Origin: Minisyncoccota bacterium
GTDB taxonomy: Bacteria > Patescibacteriota > Minisyncoccia > Minisyncoccales > JAQTPW01
NCBI GenBank assembly: GCA_028712565.1
Contig: JAQTPW010000001.1
Coordinates: forward strand, 2,653-66,652
DNA: 64,000 bases
Direction of reading: 5' to 3'
Positions within the stretch are counted from its first letter, which is position 1, and every line of letters begins with the position of its first letter. Below are positions 36,898 to 43,701 of this stretch, piece after piece. Below the pieces are notes generated by a model, which worked only from the letters and a program-made list of their open reading frames with translations, had not been told where the DNA came from and made no database searches. The position numbers and the translations under genes are program-made.

Positions 36898-37314
36898 ATG
36901 AAAATAATGATTTGCGGTTCCATGCATTTTGCTAGGGAAATGCTGGATGTGCAGAAAAAATTAGAAGCAAACGGGCATACCGTTTTTATCCCCTTAGATA
37001 CTCAAGATTGTTTAAAGAATCCCGATTTAAATATGGATATGGAATATTGCATTAATACTAACGTCCAGGAGGAAAGTTTTAATAATATTCCCAAAAGTGA
37101 TGCGGTTTTGGTTTTAAATTACCAAAGAAATGGAATCCCTGGTTATATAGGAGGAGCTACCTTAATGGAGATAGGAATTGCGCAGCATTTGAAGAAAAAG
37201 ATTTTCCTCCTAAATCCGCCGCCAAAAGTTAAAGATTTGAGATATTCCATAGAAATTCAATTAGCAAAGCCGATAATTTTAAACGGTAATTTAAATTTAA
37301 TAAATGAGATATGA
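36898..37314 (+). CDS. Nucleoside 2-deoxyribosyltransferase/DNPH1-like protein (paralog 1)
   Basis: 138 aa. MKIMICGSM.. and ..GYIGGATLMEIGIAQHLKKKIFLL... Confidence 0.6.
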   Translation: MKIMICGSMHFAREMLDVQKKLEANGHTVFIPLDTQDCLKNPDLNMDMEYCINTNVQEESFNNIPKSDAVLVLNYQRNGIPGYIGGATLMEIGIAQHLKKKIFLLNPPPKVKDLRYSIEIQLAKPIILNGNLNLINEI

Positions 37315-37736
37315 AAATTACACTTTGCGGGAGCGTAAAATTTGCCAAAAATATAGTTGAAATTTATCGCCAACTTGAAAAGTTAGGGCACACGCCTATG
37401 ATGCATGAAAAAATGTTTGGGATAGCTGATGGTACAGCCAAAGAAATAATTGATGGTATTGCCAAAGACCACGCAAAGTTAAAAAGGCAGGAAGGATTTA
37501 TCAAGTGGTGGTATAACTGCATTAAAAGTGGTGATGCAATTTTGGTTTGTAATTTTGATAAAAACGGAATCAAAAATTATATTGGCGGGAATACTTTAAT
37601 GGAAATCGGGTTTGCGCACGTAAATGATAAAAAAGTATTTTTATTAAATCCTATACCCAAAGATGTTTCTTATACGGCTGAAATAGAAGCGATGACTGAT
37701 GTTATTCTAAATGGAGACCTAAGCAAGATAAAATGA
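37311..37736 (+). CDS. Nucleoside 2-deoxyribosyltransferase/DNPH1-like protein (paralog 2)
   Basis: 141 aa. MKITLCGSV.. and ..NYIGGNTLMEIGFAHVNDKKVFLL... ATGA overlap with neighbours on both sides. Confidence 0.6.
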   Translation: MKITLCGSVKFAKNIVEIYRQLEKLGHTPMMHEKMFGIADGTAKEIIDGIAKDHAKLKRQEGFIKWWYNCIKSGDAILVCNFDKNGIKNYIGGNTLMEIGFAHVNDKKVFLLNPIPKDVSYTAEIEAMTDVILNGDLSKIK

Positions 37737-38314
37737 AAATAATTTTAGCAACAACATCGCCTTACCGAAAAGAAGCATTTGCTTTTTTGGGAATTCCGTT
37801 TGAAGCAGAAGGAAGCAAGGTTGACGAATCGCAAGTTAAAAGGAGAAATCCGGAAGATCTGGTGAAACAACTTTCAAAATTAAAAGCCGAAGCGGTGGCG
37901 AAAAATTACGCCGACGCAGTTGTCATTGGTCTGGATTCAGTGGGTTTTTTTGAAGGTAAAATTTTGGAAAAACCGAAATCGAAAGAAAAAGGATTTGAAA
38001 GATTAAAATCTCTATCAGGCAATAATTTTCAATTTTATACAGGAATTTATATGATTAATACGGCCGAAAATAGGTTTGTCGAAAATGTTGTGAAAACAGA
38101 TGCCTTTTTGAGAAATATTTCTGATGATGAAATTAATAAATACCTTTCCGAAGATCAGAATTATAACACTTACGCGCTTGGATTTGATCCTCTCTGCCAT
38201 TCCAGCTCGTCATTTATTCAAAAAATAGAAGGGAGTTACAATAATCTTTTGAGGGGCATTCCTTTGGAAGTTGTTCCTGAAATGTTGAGAGAGGCTGGCA
38301 ATAATAATTTCTAA
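37733..38314 (+). CDS. maf: Maf-like nucleoside-triphosphate pyrophosphatase
   Basis: 193 aa. IILATTSPYRKEAFAFLGIPFE.., ..DSVGFFEGKILEKP... Confidence 0.85.
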   Translation: MKIILATTSPYRKEAFAFLGIPFEAEGSKVDESQVKRRNPEDLVKQLSKLKAEAVAKNYADAVVIGLDSVGFFEGKILEKPKSKEKGFERLKSLSGNNFQFYTGIYMINTAENRFVENVVKTDAFLRNISDDEINKYLSEDQNYNTYALGFDPLCHSSSSFIQKIEGSYNNLLRGIPLEVVPEMLREAGNNNF

Positions 38315-38315
38315 T

Positions 38316-38663
38316 ATGATTTTTATTTATACTACGTGTAAAAATAAAAAAGAGGCGGAAAAAATCGGCTTGCATTTGGTTAAAAAACAACTGGTGGCGT
38401 GCGTGAATATTTTTCCCCTGATAAAATCTATTTTCAGTTGGCAGGGCAAAATTGAAAAAAAGAGCGAGTCGGTCTTAATTATCAAAACAAAAAAGGAAAA
38501 TTTTGCTAAAATTGAAAAAGACATTAAAAAAATAAGCGGTTTTACGACACCTTGTATCTTGGAAATTCCGATCGCGAGGGGAAACAAAGATTATTTAAAA
38601 TGGATAGAAAAAGAAGTTAAATGGAACGGGGTATTGACAACGGTTTTAAAAAAAGTAAAATAG
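38316..38663 (+). CDS. cutA: Divalent-cation tolerance protein CutA
   Basis: 115 aa. ..LVACVNIFPLIKSIFSWQGKIEKKSE... Confidence 0.85.
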   Translation: MIFIYTTCKNKKEAEKIGLHLVKKQLVACVNIFPLIKSIFSWQGKIEKKSESVLIIKTKKENFAKIEKDIKKISGFTTPCILEIPIARGNKDYLKWIEKEVKWNGVLTTVLKKVK

Positions 38664-38795
38664 AAAACGTAGAGAGATTTAATTAATAATATGGCAAAGA
38701 AAAAAGGAAAAAAAGGAGGCTGTTCTTGCTAAAGGATAGATAGTAAAATAAATTGGAGATTATAAATCAGGAAATCTCGTCCTGGTTTTTATTTG

Positions 38796-38908
38796 TCGCT
38801 TCTCGCTATTGTTCAGTAAAATATAATCCGAATATCATTCGAATCGCATCCGAATGCTTCGAATATTAATTAGGAGATTCGGATTATAGATCAATAGCGA
38901 GCAGCGAT
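38796..38908. repeat. Palindromic repeat E1 (TCCGAAT-rich), homologous to an insertion in 23S
   Basis: Arms TCGCTTCTCGCTATTG (38796-38811) / CAATAGCGAGCAGCGA (38893-38908). The interior (ATAATCCGAATATCAT.., ATCCGAATGCT.., AGATTCGGATT) matches 46333-46479. Confidence 0.85.
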
Positions 38909-38930
38909 GGGAAAGAACATTGTAAAATAA

Positions 38931-39056
38931 CCCCGTTAGAAATTTGCTTGTGGCTGATAAGATATACTAAATATTATTCTTTATTTAGTTTCAGTCTTGC
39001 TGGAAAAGATTGCTATCTTTTCCAGCCGGGAAAACATAGGCAAATTTCTAACGGGG
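38931..39056. repeat. Inverted-repeat element T1 (CCCCGTTAGAA family)
   Basis: Perfect 17-bp arms CCCCGTTAGAAATTTGC (38931-38947) / GCAAATTTCTAACGGGG (39040-39056). Inner 11-bp hairpin CTGGAAAAGAT/ATCTTTTCCAG. Confidence 0.9.
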
Positions 39057-39111
39057 TAAATAGCCATCATACTTAAGTTCCACTAAGTATCGGGTGGTCG
39101 TTAATTAGTTT

Positions 39112-39126
39112 TTTAGAGTTGTCCCG
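39112..39126 (+). other. 5' strand of the pre-16S processing stem
   Basis: TTTAGAGTTGTCCCG is the exact reverse complement of CGGGACAACTCTAAA at 41738-41752 (15 bp). This is an RNase III-type stem bracketing the 16S. Confidence 0.75.
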
Positions 39127-39159
39127 AATGTTCCGACATTGGTCGGAACGCGCGGATTG

Positions 39160-39250
39160 ACGCTGATACGAGTCGCTTCGGCGACTGTCGCTGATTAACG
39201 CTGATATTTTTCAGCGTAAATCTGCGTAGATATCTGCGTAAAATCTGCGT
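39160..39250. repeat. Short repeats ACGCTGATA x2 followed by inverted ATC(A/T)GCGTA units in the 16S leader
   Basis: ACGCTGATA at 39160-39168 and 39198-39206. TCAGCGTAA at 39211-39219. TCTGCGT(A) at 39221, 39233 and 39244. The same unit recurs in frame in a CDS at 59381-59418. Confidence 0.8.
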
Positions 39251-40620
39251 TTTTTTTGAGGATTTGATCCTGGTCCAGGATGAACGCTGGCGGCGTGGAT
39301 AAGGCATGCAAGTCGTGCGGCCTGAGTCGCAAGACGAAGGCAGCGGCAAACGGGTTAATAACACGTAGATTACCAACCCCAATCACGGGCATAATCCGCC
39401 GAAAGGCGGACTAATTCCCGATGGTCCGCGCGGGCGTAAGCTTTGCGCGGTAAAGACGTAAGTCGGAATGGGATGGGTCTGCGGCCCATCAGCTAGTTGG
39501 TGAGGTAAAGGCCCACCAAGGCGATGACGGGTAGGGGGGATGAGAGTCTATTCCCCAACAAGGACACTGCGACACGGGTCCTACTCCTACGGGAGGCAGC
39601 AGTCGAGGATATTCGGCAATGGGCGAAAGCCTGACCGAGCGACGCCGCGTGAACGAAGAAGGACTTCGGTCTGTAAAATTCTTTTCTAGGGGATGAACCC
39701 GCAAGGGTGACAGTACCCTAGGAATAAGGGGGTGCAAATTCTGTGCCAGCAGCCGCGGTAAGACAGAACCCCCAAGCGTTATCCGGATTTATTGGGCGTA
39801 AAGGGTCCGTAGGTGTCCCATCGCATCTTTTGTTAAACTTTCAAGGCTCAACCTTGGAAATGCGAAAGACATGGATGGGATTGAGGGCATTAAGGGCTGA
39901 TGGAACGGTCGGTGTAGGGGTGAAATCCGTTGATATCGATCGGAACACCAAAAGCGAAAGCATTCAGCTAGGGTGACCCTGACACTGAGGGACGAAAGCG
40001 TGGGGAGCAAAAAGGATTAGATACCCTTGTAGTCCACGCTGTAAACAATGAACACTAGCTATCTGAAGTGTCGACCCTTCGGGTGGCGAAGCCAACGCAT
40101 TAAGTGTTCCGCCTGGGAAGTACGATGGCAACATTAAAACTCAAAGGAATAGACGGGGACTCACACAAGCGGTGGATCATGTGGCTCAATTCGACAACAA
40201 ACGAGGAACCTTACCAGGACTTGAAAAGCTAGTGAAATCCGCCAGAAACGGCGGACTACCCACAAGGACACTAGCCCAGGTGCTGCATGGTTGTCGTCAG
40301 CTCGTACTCTGAAGCGTACGCTTAAGTGCGATAACGAGCGCAACCCTTATTGTTTGTTTTATTTGTCAAACGAAACCGCCCGCGATAAGCGGGAGGAAGG
40401 TAAGGATGACGCCAAATCAGCACGGCCCTTTGATGTCCTGGGCTGCACACATGATACAATGGGGCTGACAATGGGTTGCCAAGCCGTAAGGCGGAGCTAA
40501 TCCCATCAAACGGTCCCTCAATTCGGATTGAGGTCTGCAACTTGACCTCATGAAGCCGGAATCGCTAGTAATCGCCAATCAGCTATGTGGCGATGAATAT
40601 GTTCCTGAGTCTTGTACTCA

Positions 40621-41480
40621 CAATAAAAGCGCTCGGCAGTTTATTTTTCTATGCGGTTAAAATCCGCGCCTCTAGCCGTCCTAGAGAGTAGCCAAAGGAT
40701 AGTTTGTTACCGCGAGGTAATAAGCGAAGGATTCGGCGGCAAAAGACAGCCCGAACAAAAAAAGGCAAACCGACCCATCAATGAGCGGTGAGGATGGGGA
40801 AGGTCAAAGTAAAGCCTGTTTGGGATGCCCGGAAGAGAAAATTAAATAACCCGAGGAGATCTGACGTTGTTGCCATGAAAATTGCATGGTATAATGAACT
40901 TACGCAGCGTCAGAAGTCAGCTGAATCATAGTAACCTGAGTCCTAAATTTATAAAAGGACAAAGGAGAAGGATTCACTCTAGTAATTATGCTTAATCCTA
41001 ATTATATCGTAGGTTTAGTTGATGGAGAGGGAAGCTTTACGGTGTACGTAAGGCAACCTAATTCTGCCAAGAAAGTAAAACGAAGAGCGAGAGCGGAACC
41101 AAGATTTTATCTGAAACTTATAGAGAAAGATAAAGATATTCTCTATATGATCAAAAGATTCTTTTCTTGCGGAAGCGTTTATTTCCAGAAAGATAATCGT
41201 ATAAACCATCAAAATTGTTATCGATACGAAGTGGCAAACAGAAAAGATTTGGAAGAAATTATTATTCCTTTTTTCAAACGGCATCAACTGAAATTATTGT
41301 CGAAGAAAAAAGATTTCCGGATTTTCTGTGAATTAATGAGAAGAATTAAAAAAGGAGAACATCATACGAAATTAGGATTACGGCATTTATATCTTATAAA
41401 ACAAGGTATGCATTAGAGCTCGTCGCATGCGGGAAATCTGCAGGTGCGATGGGAACATCAACTCTAAGTTCGTAGAGGAT
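40621..41480 (+). mobile_element. Intron (probably group I) in 16S at the site equivalent to E. coli ~1395-1400
   Basis: Conserved ..CTTGTACTCAC stops at about 40621 and ..CTCGCCCGTCACGCC resumes at about 41482. The junction is ambiguous over a repeated ACTC (+/-6 nt). The insert carries a LAGLIDADG ORF. Confidence 0.8.
40988..41416 (+). CDS. LAGLIDADG homing endonuclease (single-motif, I-CreI-like)
   Basis: 142 aa. ..NYIVGLVDGEGSF.. motif, basic DNA-binding saddle. Located inside the 16S intron. Confidence 0.88.
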   Translation: MLNPNYIVGLVDGEGSFTVYVRQPNSAKKVKRRARAEPRFYLKLIEKDKDILYMIKRFFSCGSVYFQKDNRINHQNCYRYEVANRKDLEEIIIPFFKRHQLKLLSKKKDFRIFCELMRRIKKGEHHTKLGLRHLYLIKQGMH

Positions 41481-41804
41481 ACTCGCCCGTCACGCCAAGC
41501 GAGCTGGGAATAGCCAAAGTTCTCCGCAAGGAGACCTAAGCTGGGCTCAGTGAGAGGGGCGAAGTCGTAACAAGGCACGCGTAGGGGAACCTGCACGTGG
41601 ATAAATTATTTTTTTCTAGTATTTCTTAATGAGATACTAGAGTCGACTAAAGTTGAAGGGCGAAAATTTTCTCTTTAACTTTAAGGTGTTAATCTCTAAC
41701 CTAAAATAAAGATTCCTTGGTCTCGCGGAACGAGACCCGGGACAACTCTAAAGGACTAAATCGTGGAAACTAGTAACTGGTTTACTAGTAACTAGTAACA
41801 AACT

Positions 41805-41824
41805 TCGGGCATTGCCCGATTTTT
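41805..41824 (+). terminator. Terminator-like hairpin after the 16S trailer
   Basis: TCGGG-CATTG-CCCGA followed by T5. Lies just past the processing stem. Confidence 0.55.
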
Positions 41825-41860
41825 GGTTTGATAGAAGTTCGGGTTTGGCGATATACCCGT

Positions 41861-41896
41861 ATATTATTAACATAGCTATCGCTTGGTTAGTAATAT
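41861..41896 (+). promoter_or_regulatory. Conserved hairpin/promoter-like motif, copy A (ATAGCTATCGC family)
   Basis: ATATTATTAAC-ATAGCTATCGCTTG-GTTAGTAATAT. Can also be read as TTAACA, 18 nt, TAATAT. Confidence 0.55.
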
Positions 41897-41902
41897 TCTG
41901 TA

Positions 41903-41999
41903 TTAGTTGGTAATTTTAATGTTTTGGTTTGGCGATTCGAAAGTAAGGTCCTAGCCAGTCCAAGGAGAGATTTCCAATTATTTCTCCTTTTTCTTTTTA
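41903..41999 (+). ncRNA. Candidate small RNA (about 95 nt) between motif A and a terminator
   Basis: Lies downstream of the -10-like TAATAT (41891-41896). Ends in a 9-bp hairpin AAGGAGAGA/TTTCTCCTT (41962-41989) followed by TTTTCTTTTT. No family recognised. Confidence 0.25.
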
Positions 42000-42091
42000 A
42001 TAATTTTTTAATCTTAAAATTATAAGCTATAAGTGGGTTCTATCTTTGCCCAGAGTCCGATTTTTATAACACTAAATCTCCTCCCTTTATC

Positions 42092-42124
42092 GGGGCGGGC
42101 GGCAAATCGCGCGCCGCCCGCCCC
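42092..42124. other. Extreme GC hairpin
   Basis: GGGGCGGGCGGC-AAATCGCGC-GCCGCCCGCCCC, a perfect 12-bp G/C stem in otherwise AT-rich DNA. Confidence 0.85.
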
Positions 42125-42236
42125 CAAAAGCCCTTTAAAAATTTATATGGTGGAGAAAAATTCGCAGTTCGGCCGTATACGATCAAAGAGCAGGTCTGTC
42201 CGAAAGAACCATTACCTAATAAGGATAAATAGTTCC

Positions 42237-42287
42237 GCTATAGCTCAGCGAATCCGCGGAAACTCTAGTTAACCGCGGCTCCACCGA
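42237..42287 (+). pseudogene. tRNA-Ala-like relic (internally deleted)
   Basis: GCTATAGCTCAGC ... CCGCGGCTCCACC resembles the 5' (GGGGCTATAGCTCAGC) and 3' (..GCTCCACCA) ends of bacterial tRNA-Ala. The middle is replaced by a CCGCGG-N13-CCGCGG hairpin. Confidence 0.35.
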
Positions 42288-42300
42288 CCCGAAAATCGTA

Positions 42301-42335
42301 AGCCAGATGAATCAATCTTCGATTCCTGGCTTTTG
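42301..42335 (+). terminator. Rho-independent terminator
   Basis: AGCCAG..GAATC..GATTC..CTGGCT followed by TTTTGTGTTTTT. Confidence 0.6.
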
Positions 42336-42400
42336 TGTTTTTAGAGATAAATTATCGCAAAAATTTTTCCATTTTTTTTGCTACAATATCTGTAGCACCA

Positions 42401-42437
42401 TATATTATTAATATAGCTATCGCCTAGATAATAATAT
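42401..42437 (+). promoter_or_regulatory. Conserved hairpin/promoter-like motif, copy B
   Basis: TATATTATTAAT-ATAGCTATCGCCTAG-ATAATAATAT. Confidence 0.55.
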
Positions 42438-42614
42438 TTGATATTTACTGATTAAAATTAGTGATGTTTTATTGTAGCTTGTTTTTTTAATTATTTTTTG
42501 TTAAAATCTTAAATTGAAAGTTAAATTTTCTATATGCCCCGCAGTAGAATTTTGAACCCTACGGAGGCGTATAAAATTTTTTCTAAATTTTAATTCAAAA
42601 TTCACTGACAGGGT

Positions 42615-43082
42615 ATGCAAATACCGGCAAAAATTTTAAAATTCTTGGATTCGAAAAAGATAAAATATGTTGTAATAAATCATAGGACAGTTTATACTGC
42701 TTATGATAAAGCCACGACGTTGAAGGTGAAACCGAATGTGATTGGAAAGACACTGGTTTTGAAAATAGATTCCAACTTAATTATGGTTTTGGTGCCGGGA
42801 AATAAAAATTTGGATTTGTCAAAAATAAAAAAAGCAGTTGGTGTCCAAAAAATTAATATAGTTTCTGAAACGATTATAAAAAATAAATTCAAGGGAATAA
42901 AAATCGGCGCGATTCCGCCAGCGGCGGAAATTTGGAAATTACGGATATTTATTGATAATAATTTGATGAAAGAAAAAAATATTTTTGTAAATTCGGGAAT
43001 TTACGAAGCATCATTCAAATTATCGCCAAAAGTTTTCGAAAAGTTGGGAGCGGTCGTGGGAAATTTTGGCAAACCCCGTTAG
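42615..43082 (+). CDS. YbaK/ProX-type aminoacyl-tRNA trans-editing (deacylase) domain protein
   Basis: 155 aa. ..VIGKTLVLKID..LIMVLVPGNKNLDLSKIKK.. layout of the YbaK family. The stop codon TAG lies inside the arm of repeat T2 (CCCCGTTAG). Confidence 0.65.
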   Translation: MQIPAKILKFLDSKKIKYVVINHRTVYTAYDKATTLKVKPNVIGKTLVLKIDSNLIMVLVPGNKNLDLSKIKKAVGVQKINIVSETIIKNKFKGIKIGAIPPAAEIWKLRIFIDNNLMKEKNIFVNSGIYEASFKLSPKVFEKLGAVVGNFGKPR

Positions 43083-43185
43083 AAGTTTTGCTAAGATCTG
43101 TGGTAGATTTATAATTTTAAAGATCAAATCGGCTCCGCCTTAAGTAAGATTTTATAAAAAATCTTTAGCGGAACTTCTAACGGGG
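43074..43185. repeat. Inverted-repeat element T2 (CCCCGTTAGAA family)
   Basis: Arms CCCCGTTAGAAGTT (43074-43087) / AACTTCTAACGGGG (43172-43185). Inner hairpin AAGATTTT-ATAA-AAAATCTT. Confidence 0.88.
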
Positions 43186-43305
43186 CAAAGCTAAAAAATA
43201 AAATTTGGGCGGAACGTAAAATCGCTTTGCGATTAACGTTCCAGCCCCGTGAATTTTCAAGATCAAATTTTAAGGGCGATTAGCTCAGCTGGTTAGAGCG
43301 CGTCA

Positions 43306-43456
43306 ATGCTTAATTGATTTTCATAAGCGAGAAAACGGGGGCGTGTAGCTCAGTTGGTTAGAGCACGTCACTGATAATGACGGGGTCAGAGGTTCGAGTC
43401 CTCTCATGCCCACTCTCGCTTATGAAAATCAATTATCCGACGAGCGTAGTGAGGAG
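43306..43456 (+). other. Intervening sequence: 22-bp perfect helix capped by a whole tRNA gene
   Basis: TAATTGATTTTCATAAGCGAGA (43311-43332) is the exact reverse complement of 43414-43435. tRNA-Ile (43339-43412) sits between the two arms. Confidence 0.85.
43339..43412 (+). tRNA. tRNA-Ile (anticodon GAU)
   Basis: Acceptor GGGCGTG/CATGCCC, D stem GCTC/GAGC, anticodon stem CGTCA/TGACG with loop CT-GAT-AA, T arm AGAGG-TTCGAGT-CCTCT, discriminator A. No CCA. Confidence 0.9.
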
Positions 43457-43503
43457 ATCATAATGACGAGGTCAATGGTTCGAGTCCATTATCGCCCACA
43501 AAG

Positions 43504-43575
43504 GGGCCTGTAGTTCAGTGGTAGAACACCCGGTTTGCATCCGGGAGATCGGGAGTCCAAATCTCCCCGGGTCCA
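43504..43575 (+). tRNA. tRNA-Ala (anticodon UGC)
   Basis: Acceptor GGGCCTG/CGGGTCC with G3:U70, D stem GTTC/GAAC, anticodon stem CCCGG/CCGGG with loop TT-TGC-AT, T arm GGGAG-TCCAAAT-CTCCC (unusual C55). Confidence 0.8.
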
Positions 43576-43613
43576 CCGAGTCAAACTCGGTTTGACCGAG
43601 TCAAACTCGGTTT
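43576..43613 (+). terminator. Two tandem identical terminator hairpins
   Basis: CCGAGT-CAA-ACTCGG-TTT repeated at 43576-43593 and 43596-43613. Confidence 0.7.
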
Positions 43614-43701
43614 ACGAGTTTGCGAGGTAGGCAAGTCAGACTTGCCACAATATTTTATAGCAATACCATTTGCAACGTTAGACGTTGCATAAAAAAGAAA
43701 A

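Larger units (their letters stand above)
39253..41602 (+). rRNA. rrs: 16S rRNA, interrupted by an intron of about 860 nt
   Basis: 5' ..GAGGATTTGATCCTGGTCCAGGATGAACGCTGGCGG. GTGCCAGCAGCCGCGGTAA at about 39743. GGATTAGATACCC at about 40015. 3' ..AAGTCGTAACAAGG..GTAGGGGAACCTGCACGTGGAT. The tail after helix 45 is AAATTATTTTT, not CACCTCCTTA. Confidence 0.92.
43274..43498 (+). tRNA. tRNA(CAU) (Ile2/Met type) split in the anticodon loop by a 151-nt intervening sequence
   Basis: 43274-43305 plus 43457-43498 give a perfect 74-nt cloverleaf: acceptor GGGCGAT/ATCGCCC, D stem GCTC/GAGC, anticodon stem CGTCA/TGACG with loop AT-CAT-AA, T arm AATGG-TTCGAGT-CCATT. Confidence 0.7.

Noticed and set aside
38691-38732. 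13-aa ORF MAKKKGKKGGCSC after cutA
   Set aside because: It is too short to support and consists of low-complexity Lys codons from an A-rich tract, with no conservation evidence available. Noted only.
39113-41596. Track ORFs inside the 16S (e.g. 39113-39382 -, 39489-39737 -, 39743-39976 +, 40291-40500 +)
   Set aside because: They lie within clearly recognisable 16S rRNA sequence. Only the LAGLIDADG ORF inside the intron is credible.
41861-41896. ATAGCTATCGC hairpins as integron attC sites
   Set aside because: The hairpin shape and AAC...GTT ends are reminiscent. However, the arms do not fit RYYYAAC/GTTRRRY, the elements are only about 36 nt, and no integrase or attI is nearby.
42148-42287. 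tmRNA, RNase P RNA or SRP RNA in the GC-rich spacer (GGTGGAG...CTCCACC acceptor-like pairing)
   Set aside because: There is no G3:U70, no T-loop (GGTTCGA), no tag ORF ending in ..AA-stop, and no GAGGAAAGTCC or ACAGAA..GGCTTA RNase P blocks. At about 135 nt it is too short. It is better explained as a tRNA-Ala relic. This should still be checked with Infernal.
43301-43312. Alternative reading of the outer tRNA with anticodon GCT (Ser) and a canonical 37/38 intron
   Set aside because: It would place T at position 37, and the tRNA lacks the long variable arm expected of tRNA-Ser. The CAT reading gives A37 and matches the Ile-like body.
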